The notes under the pieces were generated by a model, which saw only the letters and a list, made by a program, of their open reading frames with translations, searched no databases and was not told the origin of the DNA. A DNA stretch of 64,000 bases, taken from contig NW_027191464.1 in NCBI RefSeq assembly GCF_011745625.1, positions 62,001 through 126,000 of the forward strand, read 5' to 3'. The position numbers and the translations under genes are program-made. This DNA is from Cladosporium halotolerans (taxonomy: Eukaryota). Within the stretch, counting starts at the first letter, position 1; each line of letters begins with the position of its first letter. Of this stretch, positions 47,220 to 59,500 are shown piece after piece.

Positions 47220-48734
47220 CTACATGAGCCCTCCCATAACCAGCTTGCCGAGCCCGGCGACCTCGCTCTTGACGCCATTGCGGGTGTTCTCCTCGAATTC
47301 ACGCATCACATTCGCGACCAAGATCTTTCGCACGCTCTTGTCCGCTTTCGCAAACGTGTCGCCGACAGACGCCGTACACTGGTCCGGCGAAGTGATCAAG
47401 TTGAGCAGATTGCTATAGGTCTCGATCATCGTATCACAAAGCGTCGCAAAAGTCGTGCCAAAGTCGGGATCAAAAGGAAGAGAAGGCGTGAGCAAGTGCT
47501 GGAAATCATGGCCCGAAGAATTGACAGGCGAGGTGACCTCCTGCGGGCTGCCCAGGCCACTCGTTGGGAAGCCATACGAGCTGGTATGCTGAGGGTCAAT
47601 GGCGATACTGTCTGTGGCAGCGCTCGATCGGCGGCCCTTGCCCGAGCCCTTGCCCAAGCCCATACCAGCCTTGAACATCTGGCCCATTCGACCTCGGCCC
47701 AGGCTGTTGCCCGCGCTGTCTGTTCCGCTGAGGTTCTGGTAGGTTTCGAACTCTTGCAGGAGCGCAAGCAGCGCCTTGAGGTATTCCATCGGCGAGCCGG
47801 AGTTGAGCTCCAACATTGCAGGAAGACTGTAACCCAGGAGAAAGTAGCTGGTGGAGCGCCGCCCAAGCTTCGCGGGATGCATTGAGGGCAGCGCTGACAC
47901 CGAGCCGGGAGCGAAGTGCAGTGTCGTGAGGTAGTAGACATCCCCTTCGTGTACCTTCTTCAGATAGTCTATCGTGGCCATCCTCTTCTGCGTCGTCTCT
48001 AGTATGCTCTGGTACACCGCGCTCGGGTTTTGACCGCCAGGCCCCATCGACTGCAGCGTTGGCGCCGGAGCCAACGGCGCGCCATTGCTACCTGACATGC
48101 CCTGGCTGCTCACGCTCGGCCGGTCGGAAGGGTGCCTGCTGAGGCTCGTCGGCGCTCTAGACAGCATTGGGAAAGAGTTCTTCGAGGTGAGGTCGTGGCG
48201 GGAGAGGGACGGGATGGGCGGGGCGTCGCTGAACGTCGGGCTCAGGAGGGTCAGGTTCTCGGCGGACTTCGCCTGCTTGTGAGGGAAGGCGGAGATGGAT
48301 AGCTTCTTGCGCGCGCGGTGCGGTGTGTGATGCGCGCCCTCATCGGGCGGCGAGGGCAGGGCGGAGAGTTGGGACGACTGGCGCGACCTGTGGCCGTAGG
48401 GCGATGCGCTGGAATGCGAGCGGTGGGAGCGGAGTGAGACAGATCGTCGCAGGCCTTGCACGCTGGAGGCGCCCAGCGAGAGGATGCTGCTGTCCTTCTT
48501 GTGCGAGTGTTTGCTCTTGCTGCCGGGCTCGGGGAATATTCCGTAGCCGGCGGGGGTGGCAGAGGCGGTTGGAGAGACGTCTTCGCCCTCCTCAGGCACG
48601 AAGGACGGCAGGCTGGTGGTCGCAGGCAGGCCGGCACCAGCGCTCGAGGGCGGCGGCGAGGTGACGTTGACGTGAAGGCCGGCGTTGTCTTGGGTCTGCC
48701 TCCTGAAGCGGCCGAAGACGCTGGTGTTTGGCAT
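47220..48734 (-). CDS. Conserved fungal hypothetical protein (Ser-rich N-terminus, helical C-domain)
   Basis: Intronless ORF of about 504 codons; KRMATIDYLKKVHEG.VYY, YFLLGYSLP, LLTPSLPFDPDF..TFATLCD. Confidence 0.8.
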   Translation of the reverse strand: MPNTSVFGRFRRQTQDNAGLHVNVTSPPPSSAGAGLPATTSLPSFVPEEGEDVSPTASATPAGYGIFPEPGSKSKHSHKKDSSILSLGASSVQGLRRSVSLRSHRSHSSASPYGHRSRQSSQLSALPSPPDEGAHHTPHRARKKLSISAFPHKQAKSAENLTLLSPTFSDAPPIPSLSRHDLTSKNSFPMLSRAPTSLSRHPSDRPSVSSQGMSGSNGAPLAPAPTLQSMGPGGQNPSAVYQSILETTQKRMATIDYLKKVHEGDVYYLTTLHFAPGSVSALPSMHPAKLGRRSTSYFLLGYSLPAMLELNSGSPMEYLKALLALLQEFETYQNLSGTDSAGNSLGRGRMGQMFKAGMGLGKGSGKGRRSSAATDSIAIDPQHTSSYGFPTSGLGSPQEVTSPVNSSGHDFQHLLTPSLPFDPDFGTTFATLCDTMIETYSNLLNLITSPDQCTASVGDTFAKADKSVRKILVANVMREFEENTRNGVKSEVAGLGKLVMGGLM

Positions 48735-49712
48735 TGGAATCCGCCGCCCGGGGCCGCCGCGCTCCACTCCACGCGCGGCAGACTTCTAGAAGGAGACGGT
48801 GGCGTGAGTGGCTCCGGTTTGAGTGTGGCCCCTCGCAGGTGCAGGCGCAGGCGCAGGCGCAGGAGCGACCGGGCTGCAGGGTGTGGCCGAGTATGCAAGG
48901 ATGGCAGGGCCCAGGAGGGAGGTCCGCAGGGCGCTGGAGGCAGAGGGCAACGGACTTGAAACATCGCCAACCCCTGTCATTCAGGGATCCGAAAGGCGGA
49001 GGATCTTGGCTTGGCAGGAACCGTTGCACCACATCTCGAACTCTATCCGCCGACCTCCGTTTCGTCTTGACATGGCATGCATAACATACGATGTACACTG
49101 TTTGTATTCATTTCTCTCGTAATGCTGCTGCGAAGGCCTTCAATGCCATCCTTCGGTTGTACCGTGTATCCATGTCTGCACTCAGAGAAGCCTTCAAACA
49201 CAAGAAACCCGACAACATGAACAGGGAAAACCATAGACCGATCCAAAAACCATGCAACAAAAGGAAAAGCTCTCACTCATCCGAGAGTGATGAAACAGCA
49301 AACATGAGCCGACTCAGTCTCCAGACAAAGTAAACCCATAAAAAAGAACAAGAACAAGAAAACCCATAGAACAACCCATGAATCATCCAAAAGAAAGAAA
49401 ATCCCGCCTTCATCCGCCAGCAATCAGAGTGCTGAGATCGCAGAGCTGATCCGAATAGCTGCCTGCGCGCCTTTATGTGAAAATGAAGCTTGCGCCGCGC
49501 GGCTGCTGTGAGTTGCTGATATCCAAGCCAGTGAGCGAACAGTCGTGTGGCGCCTTTCAAACAGACGCCTACTTTGCTCAGTGGTGGAGTGCAGTGTGTT
49601 CCATCGCCATCGCCGTACCGTCGTATTCGACACCGGCAAGATTTGAGGAACCCTCTTCTCATCCACCTTCTTCCGCCCCCGACAGAGTCAACCTTCGACC
49701 GCCCTTCGAAGC

Positions 49713-52606
49713 TTACTCCACAGACCTCTCGCTCGGCAACTGCATCCGCCTGCTCCTGCCTCCCTGATTCTCCGGCGGGCTCCTGTCGCGCCTAGACTCG
49801 GGCATCTTTCCCGCCGCCCGAGACTCGCCCTGATATCCATTGTTATCGTTGGAGTACCCGCCGCCGCGGCCGCGGCCTCCGCGATTCCAACCCCCACGGC
49901 CGCCGTAGCCGTAGCCGTTGCCGTTGCCGTGCTGCTGGGGCCGGTACTGGTCGCGATACTGCTGACGAGGCCCGGTCGGCGGATCCCTCCGCTCCTCATC
50001 GAAGCGGGTATGCCTGCGGTCTTCCTGGCGAGGCCTGTCGTCGCGCTGCGGGCCGGGGTAGCGGCGGTCGTGAACAGCGGGTGGAGGGCGGTCGAAGCGC
50101 GAGCTGCGGTCGCGCTGGGGTTCGTTGTTGGCGCGGCGAGCGGCGTTGGCGGCGCGCTCGGCGGCGTAGGGGTCTGTGGTTGGATAGTTGCTGGGAGCCT
50201 TCTGCTCCCTTGCGCTGGTGGTGCGGGCGGGGGCGTGCTGTGCGTCGGAGTCCGAGTCCTCGCGCTCGCTGTCGACGTAGGACTCGAGGTCCGATGTGTC
50301 TGCTGCGGCTGGGACCGGGACTCTGTGATCGCCGACTCGAGTTGTGAGGGCGCCGGATGGCGGTGCCGCTGGGTTTCTAGGAGCGTTGAGTTGGGCTCTT
50401 GCGGCGCGTGGGACGTCGAATGGGTGACGTTCGGGTTCAGGCGAGTCGTGGCGCTCGTCCGCGGCAGTTGGGACTGGAGCTCTTGTAGCATCGATTGCAG
50501 CTCTAGTAGCACGAGGAACGTCGAATGGATGACGCTGGGGTTGAGGTACATTATTGCGCCTGTCTGTGGTGGCTGAAACTGGGGCTCTGGAAGTGTCCAG
50601 TTGTGTTCTGGGGGTGGCAGACGAGGCTGCCACTGGAGCTCTTGGAGCGTCGGTCAGTGCTCTCGGAGCGCGTGGAGCGTCGTCGAATTGATGACGCTGC
50701 GGTTGAGGCGCGCTGTTGCGCTCGTTCTGATACTGGGGCTGGTGCCGGACCTGGTCGTTCCTCTGATGCCGATCCACGAAGTCTACAGCGTTCGGGCCGC
50801 TGTCCTGTGCATCCGGTACTTGGTCGTCAAGACCATCGTCGTGGTTGCTTGGAGCAGCGGCTGGAGCGACTCGATGCATGGCTTCACCTTCCGGAACGCC
50901 CTTCAAGACCCTCGGCAGCCAGCGAGCGAAGGTGTCCTCGGGGTCGTTGTTAGTGGCGAAAGCGTACGCGGAGATCTTGAAGTCCTTGAAGACGGCGAGT
51001 CTCTGGACAGCTTCTTCCCAGAGGCCAGGGAACTTCCTCTTGTGGTATTCCGGGAACGGCACGCGCTGGGACCAATCGTTCGGCTTGCCGCACACGGCGT
51101 GGATGTTGTTGCGGAATTGGTGCATGGTGCGATCGCTCGGGTGCATGCTGAAGATGCGCGCTCTACTGGCGGCTTCGATCAGAAGGTCTGGATGTTTCGC
51201 CAGACCACACATGATGCCGTACTCCTTGTTGTGTTCGCCAGTGGGTTCCGTCTGGGATCGCGGATCGCGGTATGGAAGAAGAAGCTCGGTGGTAAGAAAT
51301 CTGAAGTTCTCCGGGGTGCTCTCGCAGATGACTGTGACGGGCTTCTCGTCGAGGAATCTGGGTGTAACCACCAGGATAGAGTGGTTGATCCCGACAGCAA
51401 GCATTTCCCTTTCGATGTCGCGCGGCAACAAGCTCGCTTCGGACATCCTCATGGCGTTGTCGATCACTTGCAACTTGTCGTTGCCGAGCACGCATCCGCT
51501 GATGAGTTCCAGACTCGCCGGGTAGTCAATGCCCAGGAAGTCGGCTCCGCTGGACTCCGATCTGGTGTAATCGGTTATGTCTGGGTTTCTGGAAGCGCTC
51601 TTGCGATCAATATCCATGGAATTGGGATCTTCTGAGCTCGAGGTGCCAGTCTGGTTGTTCAATCTCGCCTTGAGCTCTTCGCACTCGACTTTGAGCTCTT
51701 CGTGAGCGGCATGCAGGTTATTCCCTTGCTCTTGCATATTGTTCTTTTCGTTCACGACTTGTTTGTAAGTATTCAAGCAGTCCTCCAGCTCGCGCTGGAG
51801 GAAATCGATGCGAGCCGTCGTCTCCTGAGCTGTCTGCTCAGACTGCTTTTTGCAGCCTTCCAGCTCCTGGACTCTCTGCTCGAGTGCGGACGCCTTGTCC
51901 TTGGCAGTGACTGTGGCAGCTTCAGCTGCCTTCAGATCGGCCGCCAGCTTGCTGTTGACCTCTCTGGCCTCATCGATGAACTTTTTATGCTCGTTCTTGA
52001 GCGCAGCATGTTTAGGCTCGAGGTCGCCGAGCGTGGCCTGCGCCTTCTTGAGCTGCGCCTCAAGATCGCGGATCTTCGCTTTGCTGGCAGCATCAGCCTC
52101 GCCTTTGGCGCGGAGGGCGGCATCGCTGGTACGCTCCTCCTGTTTGAGCTGCGCCTCGAGCTCAGTCGCGTTCTGCTCTGACGCGGCGAGTTTGGCGCTC
52201 AACTCGCGTATCTTGAGCGCCGATTGATTCTGGCCGACCTTCAAAGCGTCCCTGTCTTTGCTGAGCATGGTAGCTTCTTCGCGCTTCTTGGTCAACGCCG
52301 AGCGCGTCTTCGCGTACGTCTCTTGCGCTTCCTGGTTGAGGCGCTGTGAGGAGTTAGTGAAGGCTACAGACGAGTCGATGGCTATGTCCCAAGGACTCGA
52401 CTTACTGGCTGCCTCTTCAGCTTCTCGACGTCTTCTTGGAGGTTTGCTATCTTCTTGTGGTGCTCTAGAAGTAGCTCGCGGTACCGTTGCGGCGATTCGC
52501 CCTGCATGACTTCCTCGTCGCTCGCGTGACGCTTGGTATCAGGGCGGGTCTCTGGCTCCTCATCTTCGTGAGGTGAGCCGCGCTTTCTGGACAACAGCGG
52601 TGGCAT
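49713..52606 (-). CDS. Hypothetical protein of about 943 aa: coiled coil, central globular region, repeats, R/D/G-rich tail
   Basis: Exon 52606-52406 plus intron 52405-52344 (GTAAGT...CTAAC...CAG) joins in frame to the long ORF ending at 49713. Confidence 0.75.
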
Positions 52607-53054
52607 GTTGGCGGTGCTTGTGATAATGATCTTGGTGCTGCAATGCGGTGTATGGTGTCGATAGTGTCTCAGGATACAAAGAGGTAGGTGTTTGCTTGTA
52701 ATCGTGAGTTAGTGATCGATCTGGGAGTGGTTGCGGTGGTGTCAAAACCTGCTGCCTCTTCGCCTTTCACAAAAGCATTGATCACCCGGCGCACAGACTC
52801 CGCTTAGCGCGCGCTGCACCGCCATTGTCAGTGAAGTGAGGTTAGGTGCTCTGACATGTGATTAGATGAGTGCCTCAGGCATCAGCTTTGGCTCCCCGCT
52901 GGCTGCGCTTTCGCCAGCGCGGGCATTCACTCGACATTTCCAAAGTAGACGTCACTCTCGACCTACGACTTTCACTGCACCACCTCGCCTTTCTGAACAA
53001 TTGCGCTTCTTTTTGACGGACTCGAGTATTTCACAACCTCACACACAGCCCAAT

Positions 53055-53852
53055 ATGGATATTCGATTGCTGCACCCGTCGGACATCCCGCACGTCCAGA
53101 CGACCAACATCACCAACCTGCCCGAAAACTACTTCTGCAAGTACTACATGTACCACCAGCTCAGCTGGCCACAATTGAGCTACGTCGCCGTCGATGTGCG
53201 TTCGACCCTCCGGAAACAGCCCCCTCCAAACGACAAATCACTAACCATCGCGCGAACACAGGTCTCCCGCCCCAAAAAGACACCCTACGACGCCCCGAAG
53301 ATCGTCGGCTACGTGCTCGCGAAGATGGAGGAAGACCCGCAAGACGGCATCCCGCACGGACACATCACCTCGCTCAGCGTGATGCGCACACACCGTCGCC
53401 TGGGGCTGGCGGAGAAGCTGATGCGCCAGAGCCGTACGTCCCGTTCCACCACCTGCGCACGAAGCACCACAACAGCTAGCTAACGGCGATTCGCATCGAC
53501 AGAAAAAGCAATGTACGAGACCTACGGCGGCAAATACGTCTCGCTGCACGTGCGCGAGAGCAACGTCGCGGCCCTGCGCCTGTACAAGAACACACTTGGT
53601 TTCAAGGTCATTGGCACGGAGGCGAAGTACTACGCTGATGGCGAGGATGCGTACAGCATGCGCATGGACTTGGATTACTTGAAAGATGAGGCGGATATGT
53701 CGGACGACGAGGAGACAGTAGGTAAGGATGAGGGCGATGCGGTTGGCAGCGCGGGTAAAGAGGGCGATGGGGAGAAGTTGAGGAAGGTCAAGGTTGGCAG
53801 GCAGCTGGGTGTCGGAGAGTTGGTGGAGAAGAATGAGAGCTCGGCGGCGTAA
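53055..53852 (+). CDS. ARD1: NatA catalytic subunit Ard1/Naa10
   Basis: [73 protein letters not shown]; two introns. Confidence 0.95.
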
Positions 53853-54496
53853 GGATACGAGACGATTAATGGAAATGGATGAATGGTCGAACGATACAAG
53901 ACTCTGCGTGGGAGGTGCGGGCACGCTGGTTGCGTACTGCTGTGCCAAGCTCTGCGCGACATTGCTTGACTTTTGGGACTGCATGAGGCTTACAGTTCAG
54001 GACAATCGGAAGCGTTCAAGCGAATACTGAATAGATGTGAGCGACATTACGTTTGCAGCCGTGCACAAATCTGTATCAGCAGTCTCTACGCTCAAGTCCG
54101 AGCGCGGTGGCGGCTTCACTTTCACCGCGCTTGCCAGGCGGCTGGAGTCGAGAAATTCACTCATGCATGCCACAACAGCATACCAACTCTCATACAACCG
54201 TTTTTCACCCAATTAGACGGTCTATATTCCCTGCCGATATTTTGGTGGGGCGCCGCGGAGGGGATTGCGAGGGTCTCTCGTCCAGCGGGGTCACTCTGAC
54301 ATCACGATGGATGATGGTCGTGACGATGCATATATGTATCATGAAGAGCGACAAACGTACAGTCTCAGCTCTTCGATCTTTAGAATCCCACAACTGTCTC
54401 TGCTTCCTCATTCGAAATTACAACTCAGACACCTTATTGATATCCATCTAATAACGAAATAACACATCGACCTAATCATTATAACCCGAAATCAAA

Positions 54497-55522
54497 ATGC
54501 CCGAGCCCAAGTCGCCGTTCGACATCGGTAAACAAAACCCCTCAATCACCGAAAGGAATGAACCAGCTAACACCTCCCTCTCAGGCTGGCAGCCTCCCGC
54601 GCCGCAAAACCAACAACCGCCCGGCCTAGAGCACAAAATGGACCCTCTCCCCGTCGTCGACCAAGTCCCTACCTTCGACGGCGGCATGCAAACCTACAAG
54701 CCCGCGGGCAAGCTGACCGGCCGCAAAGCGCTCATCACGGGCGGCGACTCGGGCATCGGGCGCGCGACGGCTGTACTGTACGCCATGGAGGGCGCAGAGG
54801 TGATGATCACGTACCTGCCGGGCGAGGAAAAGGACGCCGAAGCAACGCGGAAGATGGTCGAAGAGCGCGGGGGCAAGATTCATGTCTGGGAGGCGGACCT
54901 GAGGACGAAGGAGAAGTGCAAGGAGACGGTGGATCAGGCGCTGAAGAACATGGGCAAGATTAACATCTTGGTCAACAACCATGCGTTCCAGTACATGCGC
55001 GAGACGATTCTGGATATTCCTGAGGACCAGTGGCTGAAGACGTTCGACACGAACATTCACCGTAAGTGGCGCCGCCTTGTCCCCGTGTGGGATGCAAAGA
55101 ACAAATTCAGACTGACAAACCCACCCGCAGCCTTCTTCTACCTCTCCAAATACACCCTCCCGCACATGACCAAAGGAGATACGATCATCAACGACGCAAG
55201 CGTGAACGCGTACATCGGCCGCCCGGACCTGCTCGACTACACGTCCACCAAGGGCGCCATCGTCTCCTTCACCTATGGCCTCAGCAACCAGTGGGTGTCC
55301 AAGGGCATCCGCGTCAACGCCGTCGCGCCGGGCCCCGTCTGGACGCCGCTGGTCGTCGCCACCATGACGGAGGACTCGCAAAAGAGCTTCAGCGGGCCGA
55401 TTGGCCGCGGTGCGCAGCCGAGTGAGATCGCGACGGTGTTTGTGTTCCTGGCCAGCACGGATAGCAGTCAGATTAGCGGGCAGGTGATTCATGCGAATGG
55501 CGGGGTGGTTGTTGCTGGGTAG
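54497..55522 (+). CDS. Short-chain dehydrogenase/reductase (YghA/glucose-1-dehydrogenase-like)
   Basis: ALITGGDSGIGRA, ILVNN, LLDYTSTKGA (YxxxK), IRVNAVAPGPVWTP; introns 54528-54584 and 55062-55130. Confidence 0.92.
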   Translation: MPEPKSPFDIGKQNPSITERNEPANTSLSGWQPPAPQNQQPPGLEHKMDPLPVVDQVPTFDGGMQTYKPAGKLTGRKALITGGDSGIGRATAVLYAMEGAEVMITYLPGEEKDAEATRKMVEERGGKIHVWEADLRTKEKCKETVDQALKNMGKINILVNNHAFQYMRETILDIPEDQWLKTFDTNIHRKWRRLVPVWDAKNKFRLTNPPAAFFYLSKYTLPHMTKGDTIINDASVNAYIGRPDLLDYTSTKGAIVSFTYGLSNQWVSKGIRVNAVAPGPVWTPLVVATMTEDSQKSFSGPIGRGAQPSEIATVFVFLASTDSSQISGQVIHANGGVVVAG

Positions 55523-55722
55523 ATGTAAGCTGCATTTTCCACCGCTCGGACGAGGTTGTCCGATTTCGAATGGACAGTTAGCGAAACGATCAGAAATGAA
55601 CCATGAATTGGACGGAACAAAGACAGGTCTGGTGCTCATTTATACCATATAGCCATCGTGATGCCCTTGCACAATGCCATCGTGTTGGCCGTCCCACAAA
55701 AACTCAATGCTTTTCCATCCCT

Positions 55723-56514
55723 CTAAGTGAGCTTCTGTTTGATAAAGAACGCCCTCAGATAGCTCAGCTGCCACGCGCACGTAATACCCAACACAGCCAA
55801 CTGCAGCAGCGTCCACCTGACGACGCGCGAATTGACGCTCTCGCTGATATCCCTGAACTCGGCCTCGCGCTCGCGCTGGAAGACCTGCTCGCGCTTGACG
55901 TCGTGCAGGCGCGCGTTCAGGTCGCGCACCTTCTTGACCACATCCTCGATCTTGTCCTTGTCCGAGCTCTCGATCTTGGACGTGTCGCCGATGGCCATGT
56001 CGAGCTCGAACTTGATGCCGCCGACCTGCGAGCCGGAGAAGAGGAAGCCGGAGGTCGCGGGGACGTTGGTGGGGGTGAAGCAGAGGCGGTGGTCGCCGGC
56101 GTCGGCGGCGGTGAAGATGAATTTACCGGAGGCGGAGGAGCGCTGGGAGACGACGCGGTGGTCGTTGTCGAAGGTTTCGTCGACGGTTATGAAAACGCCC
56201 TGGTCGGGGGTTAGATGTGGTCGGTGATGCGGTAGTGCTGCGGGAGATGGAGGGGGGAGCTACCATTTCAGGGTTGGGAACGTAGCTTTTCGCCTGGTCG
56301 TTCCATTGTGTTGCCTTGAAGTGACCTGGGAGCTCTTATCAGGGAATTGTCCGTCTAATGCGATTGGAGACAGGAATTCATGCATACCAACGACCAGCGT
56401 GTCCTTAGGAAGCTCCTCGAAGAAGCACTTCTGGGAAGGCCCGTCAATGTAGAAGTAGAGGGCTTGTGCCTGGCTGGCGAGCAGTGCCAGACCGGCTACT
56501 AATGAGGGCCACAT
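55723..56514 (-). CDS. p24/emp24 family cargo receptor, alpha subfamily (Erp1-like)
   Basis: Signal peptide, LYFYIDG..KCFFEELPKDTLVVG, GOLD domain, REREAEFRD, TM helix, FFIKQKLT tail; two introns. Confidence 0.92.
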
Positions 56515-59500
56515 TGCGTCTTTGTGTGCGCTGTGAAAGATGTCGCGACAGCTGTGCTGGGTGTCCCGCCTGCTTTTCTCCTGACGTTCAAGGTGCCGCG
56601 TTTGGGGAGACTTGACTCGTGTTCGTTTTGGCGGAGACAGGGCGGCGCGCCAAGACTAGCGTCGATCTAACAACGGTCCTCACTTCACTTCTGGAAAGAC
56701 AAGACGGCTTCTCGTGCATCATGTGCAGAATTTGACCAGCTGATATATGACTCCGTCAATTTTGTCAAGTAAAGAGTAACCTTCACCTCTGGAGATGTAA
56801 GTGAAATTTGGGCCTCTAGAACGCTGAATAAACCAGGCATCATTTCCTCTACTTTTCCAGACCAGAAGCGCAAGGAAAGCCGTTTTGTAGTCTTCGACGG
56901 TCGAGTTCACTCTATTACAACCCATTCTGTAGCCATGATGATAACCAGTACATCGGGTCCTTCACACTCCCGATCCAATGCGCCTTCAATGGCAACTCAA
57001 GCAACCACAAGCTCACCTCACTTCAGTTCGTCCACATGTAGATCAATCACAAAATGTTCTAGCAATCAAGCTGAATAATCCTCGCAACACAAGCCTCATA
57101 CTTCCTGAACAGGCTGTCACGAGCCTCGCCATGGAGCGAACAATGCACTCCTACAAGCAACTCAAAAGACAGACCCTACACCGTCAAAGCCTCGCCATCC
57201 ACTCACAGAGTAGCTAAACAGCCAAATTTAGAGGCGCGGCGACCTTCCGATCGTATTCAGCCTGAATCGACCAAAGAGTAATCCTCACCCTCAAGACCTC
57301 GTTTGTACGAAATTCGAGCCATGTCCCGCCAAAGGCAAATCGAGAAATACGCGATACTTTGCTGTCGCATCCCAACAATTGTGCAGCCGGTCCGCTGATC
57401 GAACCGTAGCAATCGATTTCCGGACGAATACCGACCCGACACAGGGACCAGAAGGGCGTCCAGACCCCAAGCTCACTGCCATACGTGAACCAGTGCGACG
57501 AACGAAGGCCCTCGAACAAACCCGACCCGTGGTCTCGACATCCCAACATGAAAATCGAACGCACAATGACACGCTCTTGCATCCCCGCCGCCCCGCCGAG
57601 GAGAAAGCAAGCAGGTCGTACATCTTATCTCACATCGACCGATCCGCCATGAATCTACCAGCCGGCACTCTCCCCCGCCCTCGCCCATGGAAAGCCCACT
57701 GCAACTGCAACGCAACAGCAACAAAGCCCCCGTACACCTCACCTCACCTTACATAACCTAACCTTATCAACTCTGCTCACAGGGCGACGCAGGCAAGCGC
57801 CAGGATAGCCCTTGCTCCGCTCACAAGGCAGGCACCAGCAGCCCAGCAGCCGGCAGGAAGCCCGCCCGTCCGCCGTCCGGACCTTACCTTACCTTCGGCA
57901 CCAGGACGACACGCGGCGTGCCTGACAGGCAGACGCGCAGGCACAGTCAGACAAGCACAAGCATAACGGAGCGCCGACTAAGGAGTCTAGAAGGGCGGCA
58001 CCTGTCTCTGCTGCCGCGAGGGACGTGCGAGAGGCGGCCTCGTGGCAGCCAAAGCCGAAGCCGCAACGCGACGATGAGGAGATGGGACGATATCCGTGTG
58101 GCGATTTTTTCGAATTGGCTGAGGAGGACCTCAGGCCACTGTGCGGAGGTAGTGATAATGGTGTCTCTCACTGATGACCGACGGGAGCGAGCAGCGGGCA
58201 CGGGCGGGCGAGTGGCGCCTTGCGTGCATGTCAGGCAGGCGTCGCGGCCTCAGGCGCGCGAAGCAGACTGCCTGACCGGGTGCCATATCATGCACAATGG
58301 ACGGTGCTACGGACGACCAGACAGGCGGGGGCAGGCATGCAAAAATGCCTTCGAGGGATGACTTACCGCGAACCTCAACATACAAACCACACTACAGTTG
58401 AGCCCCCGCCCTCCCCAGCACAGCCAAACCCTCCTCGCACGTCCGCGAATCGCGCTTCCTGCCGAACCTACAGACTTTGATCGCCACAAGCCCAGAGCGG
58501 TAGCGAGCTGTGGCTTGAAAGGCAACGCAGAGCACACCGACCGAGACCGCGGAGCGACGCGACGGACGGGCGGTCCCCCGACGCACCAGGCCGGTCGGCC
58601 AGCGGGTTCGGCCTTGGGCATCCCTCTTCCTCTCAACGGGTTCGGGCCTCAGGGGCCCACGTCTGTCGGCTCGTTCCACGATCCACGTTGCACGGCCCCC
58701 GGGGGAGGGCAGTGGAGATGCGGGGTGATGTACAGTACTACTATACGTACAGCACGTTCTGCGCTGTGACGAGGCGAGAGGCGGGGAGCAGGAGCAGGAG
58801 CAGGAGTACAGTACTTGTGCGGCGCCTGTAGAGTACTGTACGTACAGTGCCAGGGCAGGGTGGGGAGCGGGTATTGGCTGCTTGTTGCGGACTCGGCTCT
58901 GCTGAGCTGGACTGAGAGCCTAGAATTGGGCGGGGCGGCGGGGGAGCGCGCCTTTCCCCGTTGCGAGAGTGGTCGTCTTGGAAGTTCAGGTTGGGGGCAT
59001 GGGGAGATGAAACATGGCGGAGAGCGGAGGGCGGAAAGGGAAGTCAAATCGCAGCGCACGTTCGTTTGGGGTCGGGAATGCGAGTGCTGAGGGACTGTAG
59101 CACGAAGAGGGGCAGGCTGCTGAAGGCAAGCAAGCAAGCAAGTAAGCAAGCAATCTTCAATCGCCGCCTTCACGATAGGACTAGCAGTCCGGCACGCATT
59201 GATCTGCGCCGCGCCGAGCGGAGGAACGCGCGCGAGCGAGCGTTCGTGCAGTTTGCAGAAGCAGGCCCTGCGAGCGTGCGTGCGCAGCGCAGTAGTAGCG
59301 TCGTTTCGCACGCGCAGAGCGCCGCGCATCACCTGCATGGAAGACGAGCGATAAGGGCGGAAGAGCAGGATCGCGTGTGCGAGCCAACGTGGGGAGTCGG
59401 CGCCAGGCACGTTCACCGTCCAGTAGACAGTACCGCGTGCCGGCGTGGGAAGCGAGAAGCGAACCACGGCGCAGGCTGGGCTTAGCGACGTGGGGTGAGC

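Noticed and set aside
54626..55639. 337-aa antisense ORF over the SDR (likewise 6577-7530, 12088-12924, 47007-47885, 50601-51635)
   Set aside because: Shadow ORFs of GC-rich genes on the opposite strand.
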